A stretch of DNA of 38,810 nt from a virus: the IMG/VR virus record IMGVR_UViG_3300020707_000002; one strand, given 5' to 3'. The position numbers and the translations under genes are program-made. Numbering within the stretch: position 1 is the stretch's first letter; each line of letters opens with the position of its first letter. The notes beneath the pieces were generated by a model. That model had not been told where the DNA came from, made no database searches, and was given only the letters and a program-made list of their open reading frames with translations. This document shows, one piece after another, positions 12,885 through 22,458 of the stretch.

Positions 12885-15154
12885 TGCCAATCGTTTCGAT
12901 TTTCAAGACTTGCTTCTCAACCGTTCCTGTGGAGGATATCGAGTTTCTTGATGTCCTCCACAGGATAAAAGGTGGATACTGGCAAGACGAATACTTCGCT
13001 TATCGGTCAGTGCTCAAGAAATATGGCCCGTCAGCTCCGGAGACGAAAAAGGCGAAAGAAGGACTTTCCTGTTTCATCCCGTCAGGCAGGTTTTCCGGTG
13101 GGAGAAAGCGATCAAACCTCGCAGAGCACTCTGGAATACTGAATATCGATATCGACGCAAAGCACAACATAGGCATCGATCTACCTGAGTTCAAGGATAC
13201 GCTTTTCGGTGACAAGCATATTTATGCCGGTCATTTATCCGTGTCTGGGCTGGGGATAAGTCTATACGTCAAGATCAACCCGGAAAAGCATATCGAGAGC
13301 TTTTTGGCGATGGAGAGGTATTTCGCTGAAGAGTTCAAGATCATTATTGATCCCTCATGTAAGGACGTGACCAGGCTTCGGTTTGTCGGGTATGATACTG
13401 ACCTCTACATCAACGAGCGGGCTATGCGGTGGGGGAAGTATGAGAAAAAAGAGGCTGTAGATTTCCAGCGGAAAAAGGTGGCCTGCTGCAACTCTGATAT
13501 TGAGTACGTCCTGCAGCAGATCGAGCGTGACCGGCGTGACATTACGACCAACTACGCCGACGGAGTGAAGATTGCTTTCGCTTTCAATACAGAGTTTGGC
13601 GAGGCGGGCGTTGACTTTTTCCAGAGAGTTTGCCAGTTCCGAAAAGGGTACGATCCAGCAAAGACGGCGCTGAAATACAAGCAGTGCAACGGATCAAAAG
13701 CGGTTTCAATCTCTTCATTTTTCTGGATTGCCCGGCAGGGTGGGTACGAGATCACCGCGCCGAGGTCAAAGGAGATCATCAAGACTGCGAAGTATGCTAA
13801 GAAAGCGGTCGCTGCCGGGGTCGAACCGGAAGCATCGGCAAAAGAAGGGGCTGTTCGCTACGCTGTTGAAATGCAGGGGGAGTCGCCGGAAAACGCGAAG
13901 AAGCTGGTTGACGCGGTTTTTGATGGTGCCGCAGCAGGAGAAAAGGAAAGCGCTGACGAGATCTATGAGTTCATCAAGCGGGACATCGAAGGCAAGCGAC
14001 TGCGCCGGAACCTGATCAACGACTGCGTTGAGTACGAAAATGAAAAGATCGCTGACCGGACACTGTGCAAGTTCATGGTCGAGCTGCGGTCGAAGTATGG
14101 TTCATCGAAGGTTAAGCGGGATGTGCTGCTTGAGCTTATCGAGACCTCAGCGAAGGATTACAACCCTATTCTTGAGTTTTTTGAAAAGAACCGCCATAAG
14201 AGTCCGAAAGGATGCATTGATGCTGTGATTGATGCGATTTCAGGTCGCGTGGATGCTCTTGCAGAAGGAGAGGCAAAAGAGTTTCGCCGGTACTTTATTC
14301 GCAAATGGCTGCTGGGTATGGTTTCCGGATGGCATGGCACGTATTCCCTGCTTACCCTGGTACTTGTCGGTGACCAGGGAACTGGAAAAAGTAAGTGGTT
14401 CAGAGGTCTGTTTCCCGAAGACTTGCAGCCGTACTACGCGGAAGCAAAAATGGATGGCGACAAAGATCATTTGACGCTGATGACCACAAAGGCGCTGATC
14501 CTCGATGATGAGTTTTCAGGAAAGAGCAGAAGAGAAGAGGCGCTCTTTAAAGAGATATCCAGCAAGCAGGAAATTACCATCAGGAAACCGTATGCCCGCA
14601 TGGCGGAAACGCACCGGCGTATTGCAGCACTTGCCGGAACAACAAACGACGAAAACATCAAGGGAGATTTGACCGGAAACCGACGAATCCTTGCGGTGCA
14701 TGTGTCGTCCATCGATTGGGAGCTTTACAACTCAGTTGACAAGGTTGATTTGATGGTCGAGCTGTACAAGGAATGGAAACGCGTTGGGGACGGCTGGATG
14801 CTTTCCGGAGAGGACATTGCTATGCTTAACGGAGCGACTGACCGGTACCGCGAGATATGCCCTGAAGAGGAATTGCTTGTCAAGTATTTCGATCCACCTG
14901 AAAAGTCGCTTCCTGATGCGTTTATGAGCAATACAGAGATCTTTAATGAGCTGTCAGGGGAGCTGAATGGAAGTTCAATTCGGCTCAGCCAAAGGAAGCT
15001 TGGGCAGGTGCTCAAGCAGTTCGGGTATGTGTACAAATCAGTAAGAGGGGCGTCAATGCCGAGATACGCCTACAATATCCAAAGGATGATTAACCCTGAA
15101 GCAAGCCCCACAGGCCAAGAACATTACAGAGAAACTGGGCACTTGCCTTTTTAA
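12884..15154 (+). CDS. DNA primase/helicase, VirE family (BT4734-like N-terminal domain plus P-loop NTPase)
   Basis: The N-terminal NIDIDAKHN...VSGLGISLYVKI...DVTRLRFVGYD resembles the BT4734/VirE_N primase-like domain. Walker A is LVGDQGTGKS and Walker B is ALILDDEF in the C-terminal half. Confidence 0.8.
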   Translation: MPIVSIFKTCFSTVPVEDIEFLDVLHRIKGGYWQDEYFAYRSVLKKYGPSAPETKKAKEGLSCFIPSGRFSGGRKRSNLAEHSGILNIDIDAKHNIGIDLPEFKDTLFGDKHIYAGHLSVSGLGISLYVKINPEKHIESFLAMERYFAEEFKIIIDPSCKDVTRLRFVGYDTDLYINERAMRWGKYEKKEAVDFQRKKVACCNSDIEYVLQQIERDRRDITTNYADGVKIAFAFNTEFGEAGVDFFQRVCQFRKGYDPAKTALKYKQCNGSKAVSISSFFWIARQGGYEITAPRSKEIIKTAKYAKKAVAAGVEPEASAKEGAVRYAVEMQGESPENAKKLVDAVFDGAAAGEKESADEIYEFIKRDIEGKRLRRNLINDCVEYENEKIADRTLCKFMVELRSKYGSSKVKRDVLLELIETSAKDYNPILEFFEKNRHKSPKGCIDAVIDAISGRVDALAEGEAKEFRRYFIRKWLLGMVSGWHGTYSLLTLVLVGDQGTGKSKWFRGLFPEDLQPYYAEAKMDGDKDHLTLMTTKALILDDEFSGKSRREEALFKEISSKQEITIRKPYARMAETHRRIAALAGTTNDENIKGDLTGNRRILAVHVSSIDWELYNSVDKVDLMVELYKEWKRVGDGWMLSGEDIAMLNGATDRYREICPEEELLVKYFDPPEKSLPDAFMSNTEIFNELSGELNGSSIRLSQRKLGQVLKQFGYVYKSVRGASMPRYAYNIQRMINPEASPTGQEHYRETGHLPF

Positions 15155-15171
15155 AAAAAATCGGAGATCAG

Positions 15172-15393
15172 ATGAGTATTAGAGCAGAGAGAAAGCCGGG
15201 CGAAGGAGATCAAGACTGGATGGTACGGACATATCCCGGTTGGAGGAATCTCTCCTCAGCCTATTCGCGCGTAAGTCCTATTGAGAGGTATACCTCTGAA
15301 GAGGAAGATGAAGAGGATGAAGGAAGGACAGAGTACGCTGAATTCAAAATGCTTGGGAAAGTGAGGCAGTGTCAAAGAAAAAGACAGAAATAG
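15172..15393 (+). CDS. Hypothetical protein (73 aa)
   Basis: ggag lies 5 nt upstream of the ATG. Acidic EEEDEEDE tract. Coding status uncertain. Confidence 0.35.
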   Translation: MSIRAERKPGEGDQDWMVRTYPGWRNLSSAYSRVSPIERYTSEEEDEEDEGRTEYAEFKMLGKVRQCQRKRQK

Positions 15394-15399
15394 TGAGAT

Positions 15400-15625
15400 G
15401 TATAACACTACAAGAAAGGGAGGTACTACAGAAACGACTACAACCAACCCTTTACAGTATAACTATATATCTCTCTTGTAGTAGGATAGTAATAATAAAT
15501 AGAGGAAAAAGAGTCTAAAATAAAAACTACACACATGATCACACACACACATCATTATGAAAAAGGAAAAGTTTCAAAAAAGGGCCTACAAGGCACTACA
15601 AGGCACTACGATCCACTACAATTGA
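15400..15625. repeat. Iteron-like ACTACA array with AT-rich core and (CA)6 tract: candidate replication origin
   Basis: ACTACA occurs at 15407, 15425, 15437, 15526, 15595 and 15615. Variants are ACTACG at 15605, CCTACA at 15585 and an inverted copy at 15477..15482. The last four are phased 10 bp apart (ctacaaggcactacaaggcactacgatccactaca). The AT-rich stretch runs 15483..15530. Confidence 0.6.
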
Positions 15626-15631
15626 AATGAA

Positions 15632-17236
15632 ATGCAACAAGAATTCAAGCTCATAACAGGAACAAAGCCTCTCGAATTGCGCCAATATCAGCAGGAGATG
15701 GTAAACCAATTGCGGGCAGCGTTCGCGTCAGGGAAAAAACGAATAGTGATGCAGCTCCCTACAGGCGGAGGTAAGACCGCTGTGTTCACCGACATCACCC
15801 GCCGAGTGGTAGAGAGGGGTGGCTGGGTGATGATTGTCACTGACAGAAAAGAGCTGCATAAACAGGGTGGTAACGCACTAGCCAGACTTGGCGTAGGGTA
15901 CCGAGAGCTTAGCGCAAAAACCACCCGCAACGAAGAGTCTCCGGTCACTATGGCGATGGTGGAAACGCTTAAAAGACGCCTTGTAAAGCCTGATTATGCT
16001 GCTTTTGTGAAAAGGTTCAAACTGATCATCATCGACGAAGCGCATAAAAACACGTTCAACCGCCTTTTCGAAGCACTCGATGAAGATCAGTTGGTGATCG
16101 GCGCGACTGCCACCCCGATAAGAACCGGAAAAATGAGACCACTGAAATCCGATTATGACGGGATAATCAACGGCCCTGAAATTATTGAGCTGGTAGAACA
16201 AGGGTTTCTCTGTCCTGAAAAATCCTATGGCGTAAGTGTTGACCTGTCAGACGTGAGAATAACAGCAGGAGAGTACAACGAAGGAGATATGGGGAAGGTC
16301 TACGGAAAGCGAAAGCTGTTTGATGGCGTGATCGAGAACTGGCGAGAGTTTGCCTTGAGGAAAAAGACTCTGGTGTTTTGCGCTACAGTAGAAAACTCCA
16401 TAAACCTTGCAAAAGGGTTTCTCGAAGCCGGATTCAGAGCGGCCCATCTCGATGCGGAGACTCCAGAGAAAGAGAGAAACGCAATCCTGAGAGATTTCGC
16501 CAACGGGACGTATGAGGTGCTCTGTAATTGCGGGATCCTCAACACAGGGTACGATTGCGCTTCTATTGAGTGCATCATCCTTTACAGAGCAACAATGAGT
16601 CTGCCGCTGTATCTCCAGATGTGCGGGCGTGGAAGCAGGCCGTATTTTGGAAAGGAATTTTTCATCATCCTCGATTTCGGGCAGAACGTACAGCGCCACG
16701 GGTTTTGGAGAAATCCTCGTAAATGGTCACTCGAAATAAAGACCAAAAAGAAAAGCAAGAAAGTAGGGGAGATGGTCATGGCGGTTTGCCCGTCATGCAA
16801 AGCGCTTCTCCCTGCGAGAGCAAGGAAGTGCCTGTTCTGCAGTTGGGAAAAGGAAATGGAGGCGGATGAGAAAACGATCATCAAGCTTAAGGAGATGACG
16901 CCGTCGGAAATCTTGCGGTTTTCTGAAACAGCAAGCGTAGAGGAGCTGGAAGCTATCAGGCGATCCCGTGAGTGGAAAATTGGGTTCGTATTGCATCGTT
17001 TCAAGTCGATGAAAGACTTTATCGACTACGAACACCTGAAGGGCTACAAAAAGGGGTGGGCGATGACAAATGGAAACCGGTACTTGGGCATAGAGTCAGG
17101 ATGGGAAAAGTGGTATGGAACGAGAGAGCAGGAATCAAAACAGGCCGGGTATGAGTCAGCAAGAGAGAGGTTTGGGGATAACGATGTAGTGCCTGGCGTT
17201 GTCAATAATTTATCAACAGCGAACGTCTTTGATTGA
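15632..17236 (+). CDS. SF2 DEAD/DEAH-box DNA helicase with C-terminal zinc-ribbon
   Basis: Motif I is QLPTGGGKT, motif II IIIDEAHK, motif III ATATP and motif VI QMCGRGSR. CPSCKALLPARARKCLFC provides a CxxC..CxxC ribbon. Confidence 0.9.
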   Translation: MQQEFKLITGTKPLELRQYQQEMVNQLRAAFASGKKRIVMQLPTGGGKTAVFTDITRRVVERGGWVMIVTDRKELHKQGGNALARLGVGYRELSAKTTRNEESPVTMAMVETLKRRLVKPDYAAFVKRFKLIIIDEAHKNTFNRLFEALDEDQLVIGATATPIRTGKMRPLKSDYDGIINGPEIIELVEQGFLCPEKSYGVSVDLSDVRITAGEYNEGDMGKVYGKRKLFDGVIENWREFALRKKTLVFCATVENSINLAKGFLEAGFRAAHLDAETPEKERNAILRDFANGTYEVLCNCGILNTGYDCASIECIILYRATMSLPLYLQMCGRGSRPYFGKEFFIILDFGQNVQRHGFWRNPRKWSLEIKTKKKSKKVGEMVMAVCPSCKALLPARARKCLFCSWEKEMEADEKTIIKLKEMTPSEILRFSETASVEELEAIRRSREWKIGFVLHRFKSMKDFIDYEHLKGYKKGWAMTNGNRYLGIESGWEKWYGTREQESKQAGYESARERFGDNDVVPGVVNNLSTANVFD

Positions 17237-17574
17237 TGGATAAGAACGAAGGGCGTATACATCAGGACTGTTACGTGTGGTTCCATAACAGTTTTCCAGA
17301 GCTTCGGGGGCTGCTGTGCTACAACCTCAATAATAGCCGGAACGGGATCGCTGGGGCAAGAAACAGGGCAAAAGGCGTGCAGGCGGGGCGGGCCGATTTT
17401 GTGCTCTACTGGGATAGTTCCGCCGTAATGATTGAGATTAAGGATGGAAGTGGAAGGCGGAGCGCTGAACAAAGGGCTTGGCAGAAAGTGGTAGAGTCGC
17501 ATGGGTTCCAGTATTCCCTATGCAGGACTCTTGAAGAGTTTAAAGAAGTGGTTCTCGGAATAATCAAAAACTAA
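17233..17574 (+). CDS. VRR-NUC domain nuclease
   Basis: [33 protein letters not shown] shows the D..E-x-K core and the downstream Q..W typical of VRR-NUC proteins. ATGA overlap with the helicase gene. Confidence 0.75.
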   Translation: MMDKNEGRIHQDCYVWFHNSFPELRGLLCYNLNNSRNGIAGARNRAKGVQAGRADFVLYWDSSAVMIEIKDGSGRRSAEQRAWQKVVESHGFQYSLCRTLEEFKEVVLGIIKN

Positions 17575-17582
17575 AAACAACC

Positions 17583-18014
17583 ATGGCAAAAGGCGTGAAC
17601 AAGGTAATTCTCTTGGGCAGACTTGGCGGCGATCCGGAGAGCAGACCGGCTGGGACAACGACAGTGGCAAACTTCACGATAGCAACAAGCGAGAAGTACA
17701 AGGACAAACAGGATCAGTGGCAGGAGAGGACTGAGTGGCATCGGATAGTAGCATGGGGGAAGCTGGCGGATATTTGCGCCCAGTACCTCCATAAAGGGTC
17801 ACAGGTATACGTTGAGGGGAAGCTACAGACTCGAAGCTGGGAAAAAGAAGGAGTAAAGCAGTACACAACAGAGGTCGTGCTAAGCGAAATGCAAATGCTC
17901 GATGGAAAGCCTCAAAACAACGGACAGGATCAGCCATACAACCAACCGGCCTCGAATGCCGAGCAGCAAGGGTACTCGACACCGCAGGTAGAAAAGGATG
18001 AACTCCCATTTTAA
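17583..18014 (+). CDS. ssb: Single-stranded DNA-binding protein
   Basis: Canonical OB-fold N-terminus ([15 protein letters not shown]...[13 protein letters not shown]...[19 protein letters not shown]), Gln/Pro-rich linker and acidic tip DELPF. Confidence 0.95.
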   Translation: MAKGVNKVILLGRLGGDPESRPAGTTTVANFTIATSEKYKDKQDQWQERTEWHRIVAWGKLADICAQYLHKGSQVYVEGKLQTRSWEKEGVKQYTTEVVLSEMQMLDGKPQNNGQDQPYNQPASNAEQQGYSTPQVEKDELPF

Positions 18015-18687
18015 GCCTGCGAACCAGCGCTCTGGCGACAAAAAAACAGCCTGGGCGCTGGGCTTTTCACACATGACCGACAGAATCGCCTTAAACACCA
18101 TTAAAGAGCCGAGAATGAACAAGGACATCAAGTACAAGATAATTCATGGAACGAGGTGCACCGTCACGGGCACGAAAAACGGGGTAGAGATCGACATGTG
18201 TGTCGGAGCAAAGCAACGATTCAAAGGGAAGAACTACATCGAAGCCGAGCAGCAGATGTGGAACTGGATGCGCCATAAGCCAGGAAAGAAAGGCGGAGGA
18301 CAAGAGATTGAGGATGAAACACGAAAAGCCCTCAGCGCTCTTGATATGCCGAAAGAACACATCAGAGTAAGTGACGGATATGCCAGGCAGCACCCGATAT
18401 ACCGATCAAGCTGGACAGTGAGGCGGAGCCTAGGCCACACCCAAAAAATCTACTTCGGCACATACCGGAACGAGCACGCAGCGAAGGCAGCGAGCATCCG
18501 CCTGTGTGAGCTGATAAATGAAGAGGTTGATAAGCGCCACTTTGTCCGCAAAACAACACCCCACGAAGGGTTACTATTTAAGAAACCAAACCCGAGAAGA
18601 AGGCGATACACACCACAAAGCCAGCAGAGTATCGCCGGAAAAACAGTGGACGGACAAACGATAGCGAAGCAGACCTGGGAGCCATGA
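17998..18687 (+). CDS. Hypothetical DNA-binding protein with AP2-like segment (candidate late regulator)
   Basis: [24 protein letters not shown] resembles the strand-helix core of AP2/integrase-type DNA-binding domains. The true start is uncertain (17998, 18073 or 18115). It is the last gene before the packaging operon. Confidence 0.45.
   Translation: MNSHFKPANQRSGDKKTAWALGFSHMTDRIALNTIKEPRMNKDIKYKIIHGTRCTVTGTKNGVEIDMCVGAKQRFKGKNYIEAEQQMWNWMRHKPGKKGGGQEIEDETRKALSALDMPKEHIRVSDGYARQHPIYRSSWTVRRSLGHTQKIYFGTYRNEHAAKAASIRLCELINEEVDKRHFVRKTTPHEGLLFKKPNPRRRRYTPQSQQSIAGKTVDGQTIAKQTWEP
18539..18582 (+). promoter_or_regulatory. Late promoter-like box, copy C (inside the 3' end of the preceding CDS)
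   Basis: ACTTTGTCCGCAAAAC (18539..18554) is identical to copies A and B. It is followed by TACTAT (18572..18577) and TTTAAG (18577..18582). It lies about 240 nt upstream of the terminase genes. Confidence 0.55.
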
Positions 18688-18699
18688 ACGACACCAACA

Positions 18700-18813
18700 A
18701 TGAAGCTATGTAGGAAATGCCACGACAAATACGGAGACAGATGGCAGTACAAAGAGCTGCTCCAGGCGACACACGAAGGAGTAATTCAGGGCTGGGGAAT
18801 TCCGGCAAATTGA
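18700..18813 (+). CDS. Possible 37-codon ORF with CxxCH motif
   Basis: Hand translation: MKLCRKCHDKYGDRWQYKELLQATHEGVIQGWGIPAN. It fills the gap between late box C and the small terminase gene. There is no independent support. Confidence 0.25.
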   Translation: MKLCRKCHDKYGDRWQYKELLQATHEGVIQGWGIPAN

Positions 18814-18820
18814 TAAGAGG

Positions 18821-19228
18821 ATGATTAGAGGAATGGCAAATAACAAGAATCTAAGACCAGCCAAAAACGGCGAAGTCAGGAATCCGAAAGGTAAACCAAA
18901 AGGCATCCTGAATGCCGCCACAATTGCACGCCGATGGGCAGAGACTGATCAGACCACAAAGAACCCTCTAACAGGCCAGGATGAGAGGCTTACCCAGGCT
19001 GACCTAATGACACTAGCTCAGATTAAAAACGCCAAGGCGGGCGCCCTGAGCGCATACCGGGAGATCATGGACAGGGCATACGGAAAGGTTGCGGACATTT
19101 CACAAGTATCCATCGATGCCAATGTGCAAACCGAGGATAACGATATCAAAGGCATGACACGAGCAGAACTCAGAGTCTACGCAAAAAAGAAGTACGGTCT
19201 AGACCCTGATACTCTCTTTGCAAAATGA
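18821..19228 (+). CDS. terS: Putative terminase small subunit (DUF5681-like N-terminus)
   Basis: The basic N-terminal motif NGEVRNPKGKPKG resembles the GNPxGRPKG motif of DUF5681 proteins. ATGA overlap with the large terminase gene. Confidence 0.55.
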   Translation: MIRGMANNKNLRPAKNGEVRNPKGKPKGILNAATIARRWAETDQTTKNPLTGQDERLTQADLMTLAQIKNAKAGALSAYREIMDRAYGKVADISQVSIDANVQTEDNDIKGMTRAELRVYAKKKYGLDPDTLFAK

Positions 19229-20691
19229 GATACCCGAAAGTAACCACATTCAACATCGACCAGATTAAGGCGGAATTCGACCTCGCGGAGAAACGTGAGG
19301 ATTTCTGGGAGTACCGCAAAGCCATGAACCCAGGGATGAAAGAGGGCTGGTTCCAGGAACGAATCGCAGACGAACTCCAGGAATTCTATAGAGCCTTTGC
19401 AGCAGGCGAGCGGCCCAGGCTTCTCATAGCGACACCACCACAACACGGGAAGAGCCTGAGCGCCATCGATTTCTTGTCATGGGTTGCCGGGAAGAAGCCA
19501 GACTGCAGGAGCATTTTCACAAGCTACTCCGACCGCCTCGGGACCAGAGCAAACCTACGGCTTCAGCGACAATACGACAGCGATCAATATCAAGAGATTT
19601 TCCCGGGAACACGGATAGCCTCAGCACCCAGGGAGGGAATCAGAACGCGAGAAATGCTGGAGTACATCGGGCATGATGGGTACTTTCGCAACACAACCAC
19701 AGGCGGGCCAATAACGGGCGAAAGCCTCGACCTCAGCGTCGTAGACGATCCGGTCAAGAGCCGAGAGGAAGCCAACTCCCCCACCATGCGAGACAAACTG
19801 TGGGCCTGGTTCACAGATGACCTTTTCACACGATTCTCCGAGGATTCAGCGCTCCTGCTCATAATGACCAGGTGGCACATTGACGACATCGCAGGGCGAC
19901 TGATTGATGCTGATCAAGGTTTCAAGGTCGTATCATTTCCTGCCATTGCAGAGGTCGATGATTTGGATGGCCACCGAAAAGCCGGAGAAGCGCTTTTCCC
20001 TGCGCACAAGAGCTTAGAGTTCTTGTACGAGCGGAAAAAAATAATGATCTCGACCTCCTGGGAAGCGCTCTACCAGCAGAACCCGGTCGTGCAGGAAGGC
20101 GACATGATCAAAGCCGAAAGGCTCGCCATTGTGGACACCATACCGGGCGCCATTAAAGAATCGGTCAGGTATTGGGATAAGGCAGGCACCGACGGCGGCG
20201 GCGCTTACACGGCAGGCGTATTGATGCACAAATTGACAGACGGCAAGTACAATATCTCCGACGTCATCCGAGGCCAATGGAGCGCAGGCAGAAGAGAGGC
20301 AATCATAAAGCAGACCGCAGAGGCAGACGGGAAAAATGTGCGCATCTGGATCGAGCAAGAGCCTGGTAGCGGAGGCAAGGAATCAGCAGAGAACACGCTC
20401 CTAAACCTGGCAGGCCACATAATACACGGAGAGAGAGTGACCGGCAGCAAGGAAGTGAGAGCGGAGCCATTCGCTGCCCAGGTCGAACACGGGAACGTCT
20501 CGATACTGAGAGCCGCTTGGACAAAGCCATTCATCGATGAGGCTCGGCTTTTCCCAAACGGCAAGTACAAAGACCAGATCGATGCAGCTGGCGGAGCTTT
20601 CAACAAACTCACGGTCGGAGCAAGGACGGACGGACTGCTCGAATTTTACAGGCAGGAAGCCGAAGCCTTGAGAGCAAAAAAGAAGCAGTAG
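19225..20691 (+). CDS. terL: Terminase large subunit
   Basis: Walker A-like ATPPQHGKS, Walker B LDLSVVDDP, coupling motif IMTRWH, and a C-terminal RNaseH-like nuclease region ending in KDQIDAAGGAF. Confidence 0.9.
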   Translation: MRYPKVTTFNIDQIKAEFDLAEKREDFWEYRKAMNPGMKEGWFQERIADELQEFYRAFAAGERPRLLIATPPQHGKSLSAIDFLSWVAGKKPDCRSIFTSYSDRLGTRANLRLQRQYDSDQYQEIFPGTRIASAPREGIRTREMLEYIGHDGYFRNTTTGGPITGESLDLSVVDDPVKSREEANSPTMRDKLWAWFTDDLFTRFSEDSALLLIMTRWHIDDIAGRLIDADQGFKVVSFPAIAEVDDLDGHRKAGEALFPAHKSLEFLYERKKIMISTSWEALYQQNPVVQEGDMIKAERLAIVDTIPGAIKESVRYWDKAGTDGGGAYTAGVLMHKLTDGKYNISDVIRGQWSAGRREAIIKQTAEADGKNVRIWIEQEPGSGGKESAENTLLNLAGHIIHGERVTGSKEVRAEPFAAQVEHGNVSILRAAWTKPFIDEARLFPNGKYKDQIDAAGGAFNKLTVGARTDGLLEFYRQEAEALRAKKKQ

Positions 20692-20724
20692 AGCGGAATG
20701 GGGTAACAAAAAAAAGAGAACGCA

Positions 20725-20940
20725 ATGGAACTAAAGATCGGGGTAGACTACGTAGACGGATTCCAGAAAGTCCTGGTGATGAAATTCACAAGAGAGCCAG
20801 GGATCCAGAGCGGAAACGTCATCTATACAACCCAGGCAACAGAAGAGATTCTAAAAGAGCTTATCGACAACTACCAACTGACCGCAAAAAGGAAAGAAAT
20901 ACATGGACAACAACGCACTCAAGAGCACGATCAGCCCTGA
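20725..20940 (+). CDS. Hypothetical protein (71 aa)
   Basis: ORF between terL and the portal gene. It overlaps the annotated portal start by 38 nt, so one of the two starts may be wrong. Confidence 0.35.
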   Translation: MELKIGVDYVDGFQKVLVMKFTREPGIQSGNVIYTTQATEEILKELIDNYQLTAKRKEIHGQQRTQEHDQP

Positions 20941-22444
20941 AGCACAACGCTCCGCAACAAAAGGCGGAGCATGGGGAAGAATAAAAGACGTAATGGGCCA
21001 ATGGTTCGGGCCATTGGATCCACTCCCAGCAGTGGCACCGAAAGAGGTCGCCGGTCGGCAGTACGACTACCCGACAGCCGTCAATATTTGGCAGAACCCT
21101 CGGCAGCAGGAAAAAGTCTCCTTTGAGCAGCTTCGCGCGATAGCGGACAACCTCGACATCCTGCGCTTAGTCATCGAAACCCGCAAAGACCTGGTCTGCG
21201 GCCTGAAGTTTGAGATCGTCCCAAAAGAGCCGTACGCCGAGCCGGACGCCAGGTGCAAAAAGATACAGGCCTGCCTGGCATTGCCGGACGGAGAGAATCC
21301 CTGGAACGACTGGCTCCGGATGCTCCTCGAGGATTTGTTTGTAATTGACGCACCCTGCGTCTATCCGCGCAAGACGATAGGAGGCGACCTGTACGCACTC
21401 GAGCCAGTAGACGGAGCCACGATCACGCGCAAGATCGATCAGGGAGGAAGAACCCCGCTGCCGCCAGAGATAGCATACCAGCAGGTGCTCAAAGGACTGC
21501 CAGCAGTCAACTACACCCGCGATGAACTGATCTACAAACCGAGGAATAAGCGCACCAACAAGCTCTACGGATACAGCCCGGTCGAACAAATCCTGATGAC
21601 CGTCAACATTGCCCTACGCCGGCAGTTGAGCCAGCTGCAGTTTTACACAGAAGGCACCACGCCGGACAGCATCTACAGCGTCCCGGCAGATTGGAACCCT
21701 GACCAGATCAGGGAGTTCAAGGAATACTGGAACGAAACCCTCGAAGGTAACACGGCAGAGCGCAGAAAAGCGCAATTCATCCCTGGAGGCGTGACAGCCA
21801 TCAACACGAAAGAGGGATTGATCAAAGACGAATACGATGAATGGATCGCACGAATCGTCTGCTACGCATTCAGCGTCCCAGCAAACGCTTTTATTAAGCA
21901 GCAGAACCGCGCCACAGCACAAACATCACTCGACCAGGCAGTAAGCGAAGGGCTGATGCCAATCCTCGATTGGGTAGCCTCCCTGGTCGAAGTGATCATC
22001 ATCAAGTGCTTCGGATGCACCGACCTGCAGCTCAAGTGGATCGACAGCAAGGATCCCGACATGGCGCAGGAAGCCACGATCAAACTGCAGAACGCACAGG
22101 CAGACCAGATCGACATCAACACAGGCGTGCTCGACATCAATGAAGCCAGAATAAACAGAGGGCTCGATTCCCTATCACCGGCAGAGATCGAAAAGCGGAA
22201 ACCCGCGCCGCCGCCACAACTCGCAGCATGCGCAACGGACAATGGAGCGAAGCCTGCGCCGGATGAGAAGCAAAAGCCAGACGCCACGATCAAGGAGCCA
22301 GCTCAGAAGTTAGGTAAATCCACCGATGGAAGCGCCAAAAACAGAGAAAAAGCCCCGGTAAATTTACCAGGAATCGATGCCCTTCAAAAAAAAAAGGCCA
22401 GACTACACTCGCACCCCTTGACCGTGACCGGCCCGCGATACTGA
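20903..22444 (+). CDS. Portal protein
   Basis: 513 aa, immediately after terL. The central YGYSPVEQILMTVNIALRRQLSQLQFYTEGTTPD region is typical of portal wing/stem segments. Confidence 0.85.
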   Translation: MDNNALKSTISPEAQRSATKGGAWGRIKDVMGQWFGPLDPLPAVAPKEVAGRQYDYPTAVNIWQNPRQQEKVSFEQLRAIADNLDILRLVIETRKDLVCGLKFEIVPKEPYAEPDARCKKIQACLALPDGENPWNDWLRMLLEDLFVIDAPCVYPRKTIGGDLYALEPVDGATITRKIDQGGRTPLPPEIAYQQVLKGLPAVNYTRDELIYKPRNKRTNKLYGYSPVEQILMTVNIALRRQLSQLQFYTEGTTPDSIYSVPADWNPDQIREFKEYWNETLEGNTAERRKAQFIPGGVTAINTKEGLIKDEYDEWIARIVCYAFSVPANAFIKQQNRATAQTSLDQAVSEGLMPILDWVASLVEVIIIKCFGCTDLQLKWIDSKDPDMAQEATIKLQNAQADQIDINTGVLDINEARINRGLDSLSPAEIEKRKPAPPPQLAACATDNGAKPAPDEKQKPDATIKEPAQKLGKSTDGSAKNREKAPVNLPGIDALQKKKARLHSHPLTVTGPRY

Positions 22445-22458
22445 AACTCGAAGCTGGC

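Noticed and set aside
15394-15631. Repeat-rich intergenic region considered as a CRISPR array or mini-array.
   Set aside because: The repeats are only 6-10 bp, irregularly spaced and partly inverted, with no spacer-sized unique units of 25-40 bp. An iteron/origin interpretation fits better.
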